54,812 bases of DNA. Source: Candidatus Saccharimonadales bacterium. GTDB lineage: Bacteria > Patescibacteriota > Saccharimonadia > QS-5-54-17. A program made the translations under genes and the position numbers. Location of the stretch: NCBI GenBank assembly GCA_040876925.1, contig JBBDOS010000011.1:1-54812 (forward strand). The letters run 5' to 3'. Of the stretch, positions 28,314 to 37,452 are shown piece after piece. The notes beneath the pieces were generated by a model. The model saw only the letters and a program-made list of their open reading frames with translations. It had not been told where the DNA came from and searched no databases. Within the stretch, counting starts at the first letter, position 1, and each line of letters starts with the position of its first letter.

Positions 28314-30119
28314 TTGGTAGCTAAATTAGCTTTATTTTATAGGTGGATTTTTCTTTTGTATTCAATTAAGGTTATTGGTACTAAAACTATAAGTAGTGTT
28401 TTAATAGGGCTTATCTTGCTGGCACCTACTGTTGTTTGGGCTGAAGATAGCTGGAGCGATGTAGATGTTGCAGACGCCTCTGTATTAATTAGTGAAATTC
28501 AAACTGGAAGTGAAGCTGGGGCTAAGTATGAATTTGTCGAGTTATACAATAGGACCGATGAAGATATTGATTTGCTTGAGTGGGGATTGGAGTATAAGCC
28601 TGCTATAGATGGGTCTTGGAAAAACCGCATAGGCGCAAGCCAAGATGCAGATCGAATCATTCAAGCTAACTCCTTCTTTCTAATAGCCACTGAAGATTTT
28701 GCAGATGATAATCCTGATATTGATATAGACTTACTGCTTAATAAATCTGGGCTAGCAGATCATGGCGGGCATCTTAGATTAATTAAGCCAGATAGTAATA
28801 ACAGCAATCAGTGGCTAATCGTTGACCTGATTGGCTGGGGAGGAGAAGATAAAAAGGATGGAAAGGATGCTGACTCTCCTCGATCAACAGCAACTCCTGA
28901 GATAGAGAGGGGTTCGTCTCTACATAGATGTTTTGATGAGAATGACAATATTGTTAATAAAGGAGATAACGGTAAAGACTTCATGCTCAGCGATGATCCT
29001 AGGCCTGGTGAGAAATATACCGCTGATGATTGTGTGGAGCCTGAAGATAGCGGAAATGGAAATGGTAACGAGAATGAGGGCGATGATGAAGATCAAGATA
29101 GTGATAATGAAGATGAAAACAACGGAGATAATCAGGACAATTCAGATAATAACGGGTCGGATTCAGGAGATAAGCAACCTTATTGTGAAGGGGTTATTTT
29201 ATCTGAGTTACTACCCAACCCCGAAGGCCCACGCAGTCAATTCCCCAGAGAAGAACACGCCTTCATAGAGATATTTAATCCAACCGATGAACCTATAGAC
29301 TTAGAAGGTTGTGGTTTACAAGTAATGTACGTTGGTAGTGGCAGTATGAGTGATATATTTTGGTTTGATGAGGATCTAACTATAGAGCCTTTAGAATTCA
29401 TGGCTTTCTTTGAACAAGATAGTGATTTAGCTCTACCAGTAGGAGTTAGCGGCAAAGTCTATTTATTAACTGCTGATGATATCGAGTTGGATGAAATAGA
29501 GTTGGATGAATTTTCTCTAGATAACAGTCTGTATGAAGAACCTGTTCCAGAAGCTGCCTCCTGGGCTTTATTTACAGATGAGGAAGACTATTGGCAATGG
29601 ACCTACTCTCCTACTCCTGGTGAGGCTAATATTGAACAGGACACTAAACCCCTACCAGATTGCGAACCGGGACGTGAGCGTAACCCTGAAACTAGCAGGT
29701 GTCGGAATATTATTCAGGAAGAGCCGCCTCCTGATTGTGGGCCAGGACGCGAACGTAATCCAGATACTAATAGATGTAGAAATATAGTTAGCGCTAGTAG
29801 TAATACTTTGATACCCTGCAAATCTCATCAGGAACGCAATCCGGAAACTAATAGATGCCGTAATATCGAGACCACCTCAACCAGATTAGTCCCCTGCGAG
29901 CCTCACCAGGAAAGAAACCCCGAAACCAACCGATGCCGTAATGTAGCCACACCTAATCAAGAAGCAATTACTGATATAGAAGATGTCCGCTCTGTGCATG
30001 TGGCTGCACCTATTAGCTGGTGGTGGCCAATAGGTATATTAGCCCTGGCTTTAAGCTATGGTATCTGGGAATGGCGCAGAGATTTTATGAGCTTATGGCA
30101 TAAACTTACGTCGTCGTAA
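28314..30119 (+). CDS. Secreted, C-terminally anchored protein with two lamin-tail domains and four Cys-paired repeats; true start may be slightly downstream
   Basis: Signal peptide ending VWA; LTD motifs ISEI...EFVELYN.T...IDL..W and LSELLPNP...FIEIFNPT...IDL.G; PTPG..N; C-terminal TM followed by WEWRR. Confidence 0.85.
   Translation: MVAKLALFYRWIFLLYSIKVIGTKTISSVLIGLILLAPTVVWAEDSWSDVDVADASVLISEIQTGSEAGAKYEFVELYNRTDEDIDLLEWGLEYKPAIDGSWKNRIGASQDADRIIQANSFFLIATEDFADDNPDIDIDLLLNKSGLADHGGHLRLIKPDSNNSNQWLIVDLIGWGGEDKKDGKDADSPRSTATPEIERGSSLHRCFDENDNIVNKGDNGKDFMLSDDPRPGEKYTADDCVEPEDSGNGNGNENEGDDEDQDSDNEDENNGDNQDNSDNNGSDSGDKQPYCEGVILSELLPNPEGPRSQFPREEHAFIEIFNPTDEPIDLEGCGLQVMYVGSGSMSDIFWFDEDLTIEPLEFMAFFEQDSDLALPVGVSGKVYLLTADDIELDEIELDEFSLDNSLYEEPVPEAASWALFTDEEDYWQWTYSPTPGEANIEQDTKPLPDCEPGRERNPETSRCRNIIQEEPPPDCGPGRERNPDTNRCRNIVSASSNTLIPCKSHQERNPETNRCRNIETTSTRLVPCEPHQERNPETNRCRNVATPNQEAITDIEDVRSVHVAAPISWWWPIGILALALSYGIWEWRRDFMSLWHKLTSS
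29661..29943 (+). repeat. Four tandem intragenic repeats encoding C-x4-ERNP[ED]T[NS]RCRN
   Basis: CEPGRERNPETSRCRN, CGPGRERNPDTNRCRN, CKSHQERNPETNRCRN, CEPHQERNPETNRCRN. Confidence 0.95.
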
Positions 30120-30193
30120 GATTCATTAACTAATAGCTAAAAGGTTGATAGCTGTTTTTTGCTAGTTTAGAGTAGAATAAAAGTTGAGTAATT

Positions 30194-31714
30194 ATGAAGA
30201 ATTGGTATTTATCTATCTATAAGGGTCTATCCTCCCCTACATTTTTCTGGATAGTTATAGGGGTGTTTTTATTCCAAGCTCTGTGGTTGGTATTTTCTGC
30301 TATTTATCCAATGGCTTTTGATGAGGCTTACCATTTCGGTGTTATCCAGATTTATGCTAACCAGTGGCTGCCATTTATAGCCGAACATCCTGAGGGAGCT
30401 GATACTTTTGCTACTGTGCATAGATACCCATCTTACCTATTCCATTACCTATTAAGCTTCCCTTATAGAGTCTTTGCTCTATTTAGCGATAACCAAGTAG
30501 CCCAGATAATTTTCCTGAGACTAATTAATGTCGGCTTCTTTACTTACACTCTTATCTTACTGCGTAAGTTATTTGTAAAATCCGGCGTATCACCAGCTTT
30601 AACGCATGTTGGCCTACTATTCTTCACCTTCATCCCTATAGTTCCCTTGCTAGCTGCCCATATCAACTACGATAACCTCTTGATATTACTTATTGTCTGG
30701 ATTTTAATTCTGGCAGTAGATATTATTAAAAATCTCCAAGAACAGATCATTGATACTAAAAAGTTACTAATTCTTGGCGTGGTAGCTATATTTACCTCAA
30801 TTGTTAAGTATGCCGCCCTGCCGATACTAGCCGCTATAGCCGTTTTCTTAAGTTTATACAGCCTTTGGGTGTTTAGAGGTTACGCCAGTAAACTACTGAC
30901 TGCTATTAGTAATGGCTGGAAGCAGATATCACCAAAATTTAAGATTATATTACCCTTATTACTATTACTTAGTATGGGGTTAGCTTTTGAGCGTTATGGT
31001 TTAAATCTAATTAATCATGAGGCTTTAATTCCTGCCTGTGACGAGGTATTAACTCATGAGCAATGCCTGGAGTTTGGACCCTATGAGAGGAACTTTAATT
31101 ATAAGCAAAGAATCGATCCAGAATTTGAGCCTAGTATTTTAGAACACGTCAGCCGATGGCATAGCGGTATGTGGTATCGACTGTTTTTCATGATTAACGG
31201 TGACGTTGAGGTAGATAGATACCACAACTTCCCACCGCTACCGATTATGGCTGCCACTTTCACGGCCCTTTTTATACTGGGATTAGTTTCTATGATAACT
31301 TACGCCAGATCAATCTTTAAAAATAGGCCAGATCTATTGATGATGCTTATTGTAGCTATATTTTACGCCCTAGTCTTGTGGCAGATGAACTACTCATCAT
31401 ATATCGCCAACGGCCGCACAGCAGCTCTAAATGGCCGCTACCTACTACTAATTATCCCTAGCGTTATTATTCTAATGAGTCTAGGTGTTAGTAAGCTGTT
31501 TAAGAGTAAGTTGAAGTTAAAAATAGCTAGTGTCTTATTAGCCACCCTACTCTTACTCCAGGGTGGTGGAGTAACTAGTTTTATTATTAGAAGCAGCCAG
31601 ACTTGGTACTGGCCGAATGAAACTGTCTGGCAAATAAATACTAATGCTGACAAGACATTAAGCCCCGTTATATTTGGTAGCGAAGACCAACACCTCAACT
31701 TTGTGCCGAGATAA
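30194..31714 (+). CDS. GT-C fold membrane glycosyltransferase (ArnT/PMT-like)
   Basis: FDEAYH acidic loop motif, YPS.LFHYL, INYDNL, K in TM segment, NGRYL; many TM helices. Confidence 0.7.
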   Translation: MKNWYLSIYKGLSSPTFFWIVIGVFLFQALWLVFSAIYPMAFDEAYHFGVIQIYANQWLPFIAEHPEGADTFATVHRYPSYLFHYLLSFPYRVFALFSDNQVAQIIFLRLINVGFFTYTLILLRKLFVKSGVSPALTHVGLLFFTFIPIVPLLAAHINYDNLLILLIVWILILAVDIIKNLQEQIIDTKKLLILGVVAIFTSIVKYAALPILAAIAVFLSLYSLWVFRGYASKLLTAISNGWKQISPKFKIILPLLLLLSMGLAFERYGLNLINHEALIPACDEVLTHEQCLEFGPYERNFNYKQRIDPEFEPSILEHVSRWHSGMWYRLFFMINGDVEVDRYHNFPPLPIMAATFTALFILGLVSMITYARSIFKNRPDLLMMLIVAIFYALVLWQMNYSSYIANGRTAALNGRYLLLIIPSVIILMSLGVSKLFKSKLKLKIASVLLATLLLLQGGGVTSFIIRSSQTWYWPNETVWQINTNADKTLSPVIFGSEDQHLNFVPR

Positions 31715-31741
31715 GAATAACTTAAAAACTATAGTTACTTA

Positions 31742-33415
31742 TTAGAATTCACGCCTAATATGCTCTTTGGCAAACTCCCAAGTAGCATCAGTCTTCTTGT
31801 GCGGATTAAAGATGTTATTGGGGTCAAATATATCTTTAACGCCTTTGAAATAGTTAAATACTTCCTCTCCATACATACTTTTAAGCCAAGGGCCACGTAT
31901 CATGCCGTCATTATGCTCTCCCGACAGTGAACCGCCATAACTTAATACCAGCTCATTAACTTCGCGCATAGCTGGCTCTAGCTTGGCTCTAGACGCTTCT
32001 TTCTCTATCTCCATTAATGGTATGACATGGAAGTTACCGTCTCCCATATGACCAGCTACTGTAGCTAATAGGTTATATTTGTTAATAATCTTCCTCAAAC
32101 GAGGTAAGAACTCCGGTAAATGTTCTGGATTGACCACTAAATCATCTATAAATGGGGCTGTATGTTTATCCTTAACTTTCTTCCTGAGTAGATTAAAGCT
32201 CTCTCTACGCATAATCCAAAACTTCATAGATTTTTTCTCTGTCTCATCCTCCTCAAATAAAGCATCATGCTTATACTCATCTAGGTCTTCTCTCATATTA
32301 GACACCTTCCCGCTCACCTCCTCAGGTGAATCACCGTTAAACTCTACTAGAAGCACCATCTTCGGTATGCCCCGCAGTAGTTTGAATGCATCTGGTATCA
32401 GTTGTAGGGCTAGCTTACTCATACCCCACCAGCCTAGGGTTTTATGAAAGTAGAAGAACAACTTAAAACTTAGCATCAGGGTATAGTTATCAAACCCTTC
32501 AAAGGTAGCTGGATTATGTTTTAATACGTCATTAATTAAATCGCCTAAATCGCTAGTGTCCCTTAAAAATATCACCAATGTACCAGAGTGTTTAGGGGCA
32601 TTTACCAACCTAAAACGAATATCTGTTACCAGCCCTAGAGTACCCTGAGACCCTATAAATAGCTGGGTTAAATCAAATATACCCTTATCCCTGTCCCAAA
32701 CATTCCAGATGTTGTATCCTGTGGAGTTTTTACTAACCTTTGGTTTAGCTGCCTTGATAGCCTCATAATTTGTATCTACTAACTCATAGACCTTTTTGTA
32801 TATCTCCCCTTCAAAGTCGTTTTGAGCCATTTTGGCTTCTAGCTCCTGCCTATTAAGTGGTTTAACTAAATATTCATTACCATCAGCTAGGACTACTTTG
32901 AGTTGAGCTATAAAGTTCTCTGTCTTACCATGTTCTAGAGATTTCTCACCACCTGCGTTATTAGCCACCATACCGCCAACAGTACATAACTCACGGGAAG
33001 CTGGATAAGAAGGCATCAATTTATTATCCTCTAAGGTTACTTTCTCAAAATCCCTATAGAAAGCTCCTGGTTGAGTCGATATTTCATCACCCTCAACAAT
33101 CCCTATAGTAGTCAAGTATTTGTTCATATCAACTACTATTGACTCATTAATTGATCCACCACTCATGCAAGTGCCACCGCTTCTAGCCGTTAGCGATAGA
33201 TTTGGATGAGAAGACTTATTAGCAGCTACATATTTAACTAGTTCTTTAATATCATCTGTAGACCTAGGAGCTACAACGACTTCCGGGGTTAACTCAAATA
33301 GACTAGCATCATGAGAGAACTCCTCTACTAGTTCTTCTGAGTCGCTAACGTCTCCGGTAATTATTGCTGCTATAGATGTTTTGAGCTGATCTATTCTGTC
33401 TTGATCCAAGCTCAT
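31742..33415 (-). CDS. FAD-binding oxidoreductase (GlcD/D-2-hydroxyacid dehydrogenase-like, no Fe-S tail)
   Basis: RSGGTCMSG, CTVGGMVANNAGG, GSQGTLG, GHMGDGNFH, SGEHNDG, K..FDP.NIFNP. Confidence 0.88.
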   Translation of the reverse strand: MSLDQDRIDQLKTSIAAIITGDVSDSEELVEEFSHDASLFELTPEVVVAPRSTDDIKELVKYVAANKSSHPNLSLTARSGGTCMSGGSINESIVVDMNKYLTTIGIVEGDEISTQPGAFYRDFEKVTLEDNKLMPSYPASRELCTVGGMVANNAGGEKSLEHGKTENFIAQLKVVLADGNEYLVKPLNRQELEAKMAQNDFEGEIYKKVYELVDTNYEAIKAAKPKVSKNSTGYNIWNVWDRDKGIFDLTQLFIGSQGTLGLVTDIRFRLVNAPKHSGTLVIFLRDTSDLGDLINDVLKHNPATFEGFDNYTLMLSFKLFFYFHKTLGWWGMSKLALQLIPDAFKLLRGIPKMVLLVEFNGDSPEEVSGKVSNMREDLDEYKHDALFEEDETEKKSMKFWIMRRESFNLLRKKVKDKHTAPFIDDLVVNPEHLPEFLPRLRKIINKYNLLATVAGHMGDGNFHVIPLMEIEKEASRAKLEPAMREVNELVLSYGGSLSGEHNDGMIRGPWLKSMYGEEVFNYFKGVKDIFDPNNIFNPHKKTDATWEFAKEHIRREF

Positions 33416-33945
33416 TTCAGCAATCCGTACCTACGCACTATCGGCCTAGACTCCCACCATCTACCAAGTCCTAATACTTGGTGTCTATTAGAAACCAGTA
33501 TGATTAGTAGTCCTAGGATATATATCAAATGCTCACTTATCACAGGGTTGTGTTCTGGTGGTAATACGGCAGACCACATCATTAATAGTAGTAAAGATCC
33601 ACCAGTAACCGCTAATTTAATACCCATACCCAGTATTAAAGCAACACCCACTAGTAGCAGGCCTAGCATAAAAGCCCAGTCTATAAAGGGATTGCCCGCT
33701 AAAGAAGTATAGAAACTTTCAAATGGACCACTAGTACCAAACTGCAAAAAACCAGTAGTAGGAGAACCTCCATTAGCCCAAGCCTGGCCACACATGACAT
33801 CAACTACTCCATCACTTCGACAGGTCGCAAAGCCTAATCCCCACAGCTTATCGACAAAAGCCCAAGTGAAGATAGCGCCTATACCGATACGCATCAGGGC
33901 TATGAAAGTATGGATTGGCTGGTTCTCTACTAAGATTTTACGCAT
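33412..33945 (-). CDS. DoxX/DoxD family membrane protein
   Basis: RI.IG.IF.WAF.DK, W..GGSPT.GFL, G.ALILG, NP...EH; ATGA overlap with the oxidoreductase. Confidence 0.85.
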   Translation of the reverse strand: MRKILVENQPIHTFIALMRIGIGAIFTWAFVDKLWGLGFATCRSDGVVDVMCGQAWANGGSPTTGFLQFGTSGPFESFYTSLAGNPFIDWAFMLGLLLVGVALILGMGIKLAVTGGSLLLLMMWSAVLPPEHNPVISEHLIYILGLLIILVSNRHQVLGLGRWWESRPIVRRYGLLK

Positions 33946-34024
33946 AATTATTCCTTTGCTTACTTTATTAAGTTACTACTTATGCTAAATAATACTATGG
34001 CTTGGTGGTCAAAGGCAAACAAGC

Positions 34025-34564
34025 CTAGCTATCTTCTAGTTCATCTTCAGTATCACTCGTCTCTTCGGTATCTGAGGTATCTAGAACCACCAACGTGCCT
34101 TTTTGATCCTGGCTATCTGCACCGCACCAGGTAGAACAGTAGAACTCATACTCTCCTGGCTCTAAGTCAACTACAAACTCTACTGTTGTTGTTGCTAGTG
34201 GTGGTAATGGTTCATCAATATCAAGTTCGTCTATAGCAAATCCACGAGTAAAATCATCCTGATTATCTATATGAAGAATTACCTTACTACCAGTAGTTAT
34301 TTCTATAGTTGTAGGGTCCCAGTCCCAGCTCTCTTCTGCAGCTATTACATTCATTTCAACAACTACTTCTTCTGGCTCTGAAGTCTCTTCAGGCTCTACT
34401 TCAACCTGTTCAATCACCTCTTCAGCTATCTCCTCTTCTTGGTTAATATGTAAATACACCTGTGCTGATAAACTACCAACAAGCAAGACGCCTATTAGCA
34501 AAGTAGCCCTTATAAAAGGGGTTCTTAGTACTGAACTTATTTCTCTAAATAACTCTATAAACAT
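34025..34564 (-). CDS. Membrane-anchored cupredoxin (COX2/NosZ CuA-like) with degenerate metal site
   Basis: WDW.P..I....G.KV.L, GF.I, PGEY.FYCSTWCG, G.L.V. Confidence 0.75.
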   Translation of the reverse strand: MFIELFREISSVLRTPFIRATLLIGVLLVGSLSAQVYLHINQEEEIAEEVIEQVEVEPEETSEPEEVVVEMNVIAAEESWDWDPTTIEITTGSKVILHIDNQDDFTRGFAIDELDIDEPLPPLATTTVEFVVDLEPGEYEFYCSTWCGADSQDQKGTLVVLDTSDTEETSDTEDELEDS

Positions 34565-34592
34565 TTATTTACCTTTTAAAATCTTATCTTTA

Positions 34593-35261
34593 CTAACTTA
34601 CTGCATCGTTGATTATATAAACCACAAAACCAACCAAAGCTATAAATGCTAAACTGAAAATTAGTTTCTTGAATTTAGCTACCAGATCAGCCTTACCTCT
34701 TGAATACATATGCAATACAAAGTAAGCAGATGAAGCTGCACCAACTATCAAGAGTAGGTAAATATTAAGTAGTAGTAAATATGAAAAGTCTGCTAGAAAA
34801 CGACCGAAAGCAACGCTCAAGAAAGCACTATACCAAGAAACTATAGATATACCCCCAGTTAGGGCAAACATCCATAACCTATGCTTAATAGCCTCTGAAA
34901 AGAATTCCCTACCAATAGTTTTCTTCATAGCTGGAAATACTACCGAGTGGAAAACTATACCGTTAAGTACTAGCACGGCAAAAGCGGTTAACTTGATCTG
35001 GAAGAATACCCAATCAAGTCTTGGTATGGTGCCGTTATTGGCCTGGTATTCTAAAGCTATTAAAGCAGCGCCTGATAATAACAAAAGCGCAACACTAGTC
35101 CAAACCACTTTGGAAACGGTCTTAATTAAGTCAAACTTATCCTGGCTTAACCTGTTATCTCTAACTGAGCGCAAGAAAATCATATCAGAAACCGTAGCCC
35201 CACCGACACCGAAAGCAAAACCTATTAAATGCAGGGTTACTAAGATATTGGTAATCTCCAT
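34593..35261 (-). CDS. Hypothetical multi-pass membrane protein
   Basis: HLIG..FGVGGAT..D, K...NG..FH, GGIS.VSW; about 6 TM. Confidence 0.75.
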   Translation of the reverse strand: MEITNILVTLHLIGFAFGVGGATVSDMIFLRSVRDNRLSQDKFDLIKTVSKVVWTSVALLLLSGAALIALEYQANNGTIPRLDWVFFQIKLTAFAVLVLNGIVFHSVVFPAMKKTIGREFFSEAIKHRLWMFALTGGISIVSWYSAFLSVAFGRFLADFSYLLLLNIYLLLIVGAASSAYFVLHMYSRGKADLVAKFKKLIFSLAFIALVGFVVYIINDAVS

Positions 35262-35314
35262 ATTATATCTGCCCTTAACCTTCTTATTTTATAATCTGCT
35301 TAACACCTAAATAA

Positions 35315-35333
35315 TAGCATAAAGATTATGCTA
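35315..35333. promoter_or_regulatory. Palindromic operator-like site TAGCATAA-aga-TTATGCTA in a divergent promoter region
   Basis: Perfect 8-bp inverted repeat between the redox cluster and the ABC transporter. Confidence 0.45.
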
Positions 35334-35444
35334 AAAACTATTTTTATAAATAGCAACCATAATAAACAACCAATCAATACGACGTCTGAACCAATAATTA
35401 ATTTTATTAAAATTAATTGAACAAATAATTGTATCTAATGTACA

Positions 35445-36137
35445 ATGGTTTCTAGAATGTCTTTAATCGAGTTGAATAATATCTATAAGTCCTATGGCAA
35501 AGGCGACTCTGCCACTCAGGTGTTAAACAATATCAGCCTAGAAATAAATGAAGGTGAGTTTGTGGCTATTGTTGGGGCTTCGGGTTCTGGTAAAACTACT
35601 TTAATGAATATCTTAGGACTATTAGATAGACCCGACAGCGGCAGTTACTTACTAGATGAAGCAGACGTTAGTGAGTTATCTGATAAAGCTAGGGCCAAGA
35701 AACGTCGCGAGGACATTGGTTTTGTTTTTCAAAGCTTTAACCTTATCCCCCGCTTAAGTGCTCAGGCTAATGTTTCTTTGCCGATGGTTTATGATCGGGT
35801 CAAACCTAAACACCGCAAGTTTCAGTCCAAAAGACTACTAAAACTAGTTGGCCTAGAAGAGCATTTGAAAAAGAAGCCCAATCAATTATCTGGCGGCCAA
35901 ATTCAAAGAGTAGCAATTGCTAGAGCTTTAGCGAATAAACCTAAATTAGTACTAGCCGATGAGCCAACCGGCAACTTGGATTCTAAGACTGGAACATTAA
36001 TTATGAAAATATTACAAAAACTCAATAAACGTGGCCATACTATCATAACTATCACTCACGACCCCAATGTCGCACAATATGCAAATCGCACTATTACTAT
36101 CAAAGATGGCTCTATTGAAGACGGAGGCAGACAATGA
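35445..36137 (+). CDS. ABC transporter ATP-binding protein (MacB/LolD type); likely start ATG 35457
   Basis: GASGSGKTT, FVFQSFNL, LSGGQIQRVAIARAL, LADEPTGNLD. Confidence 0.95.
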   Translation: MVSRMSLIELNNIYKSYGKGDSATQVLNNISLEINEGEFVAIVGASGSGKTTLMNILGLLDRPDSGSYLLDEADVSELSDKARAKKRREDIGFVFQSFNLIPRLSAQANVSLPMVYDRVKPKHRKFQSKRLLKLVGLEEHLKKKPNQLSGGQIQRVAIARALANKPKLVLADEPTGNLDSKTGTLIMKILQKLNKRGHTIITITHDPNVAQYANRTITIKDGSIEDGGRQ

Positions 36138-37402
36138 TTTGGCGTAACTTTAAAATGGCCCTCTCTAGTATTGTCCATAGTAAGATGCGCTCATTCTTAA
36201 CAATGCTAGGAATAATTATCGGTGTTTCTTCAGTAATTACTGTCTTGGCTGTTGGTGAAGGCATCAAACAACAAATAGTTGGTGAATCAGAAACTTTGGG
36301 GGCTAACTTAATAAATATAACTCCTGGACAGACGTTTGGCGAAGATGGTAATAGTTTTAACCCTACCGCTTCAGTCGGAGCCTCAACTCTAAGTGAAGAA
36401 GATGTCGAAACTATCCGCTCTTTAGACACTATAGAAGCAGCCGCACCAGTAGCTTTAATTTCTGGTATACCCAATTATAGTGGTAGCCCGATTAGTGGAG
36501 TTACTATCATGTCTACCGATGCTAATCTAGCTAGGGTGCTAAATCTTGGTTTTGCTAGGGGAACCTTCTTAACTCCAACAAATGAAGAAGATAGTGCTGA
36601 TGAAGTCACTGCTGCTGAGGAAGATGAGTTGGAGGTAACTGAAATAGTTTTAGGTTACCGAGCAGCTGAGCAGATATTTGCAGATGAGCCTACTAGAGCT
36701 ATGAACGAAGTTATCACTTTCAGGGAAAGACAATTTAGGGTCATCGGGATATTAGAAGAACCAGCTGATGGCTTTATGTTTAGTATAGAAGGCCAATTAT
36801 CTAGCAGTATGTTTATACCTTTTGAAGTTGGTAAAGATATAGCTGGGGGCACGGCTAATATTATAGAAATTAATGTCACAGCTACTAGCACCGAAGTACT
36901 TGATGATACTGTAGAAGATATCAAAACAGCCCTAAAGGTTAATCACGGTGGCGAAGAAGATTTTTCGGTATTAACCCAGGAGCAGTTCGTAGAAGTGTTT
37001 GATACTATTTTTGGCTCAGTAGCCACCTTTATCGCAGCCATTGCTGGTATATCTCTACTGGTTGGTGGTATCGGTGTAGCTAATATTATGCTGGTATCTG
37101 TCACCGAGAGAACTAAAGAGATAGGTATCAGAAAAGCTATCGGCGCTAATAGATTCCATATCATGATGCAGTTTCTCATAGAAGCTATGGTACTTAGTCT
37201 TCTCGGCGGCGCCTTAGGTGTAGTTATGGCATTTGGGTTTACCTCTTTAATAGCAGCTCAAGCCGATATATCAGCTGTCTTTACACCTTTTGCCTTCTTG
37301 CTAGCTTTAGGTGTATCTATCGGAGTTGGCATTGTCTTCGGTATAGCCCCAGCTATTAAAGCTGCTAGAAAAGATCCGATTCAAGCGCTCAGATACGAGT
37401 GA
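36134..37402 (+). CDS. ABC transporter permease (MacB/FtsX type)
   Basis: RSFLTMLGIIIGV, ISLLVGGIGV.NIM.VSVTERTKEIGIRKA.GA, PA..AAR.DPI.ALRYE. Confidence 0.95.
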   Translation: MIWRNFKMALSSIVHSKMRSFLTMLGIIIGVSSVITVLAVGEGIKQQIVGESETLGANLINITPGQTFGEDGNSFNPTASVGASTLSEEDVETIRSLDTIEAAAPVALISGIPNYSGSPISGVTIMSTDANLARVLNLGFARGTFLTPTNEEDSADEVTAAEEDELEVTEIVLGYRAAEQIFADEPTRAMNEVITFRERQFRVIGILEEPADGFMFSIEGQLSSSMFIPFEVGKDIAGGTANIIEINVTATSTEVLDDTVEDIKTALKVNHGGEEDFSVLTQEQFVEVFDTIFGSVATFIAAIAGISLLVGGIGVANIMLVSVTERTKEIGIRKAIGANRFHIMMQFLIEAMVLSLLGGALGVVMAFGFTSLIAAQADISAVFTPFAFLLALGVSIGVGIVFGIAPAIKAARKDPIQALRYE

Positions 37403-37452
37403 TACAAGATAAATAAAGCTATTACTAGTTTATGGTATAGTTACTATTAACC

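Noticed and set aside
29661-29943. CRISPR array
   Set aside because: Repeats are in-frame, differ at synonymous positions and encode a protein motif; no cas genes
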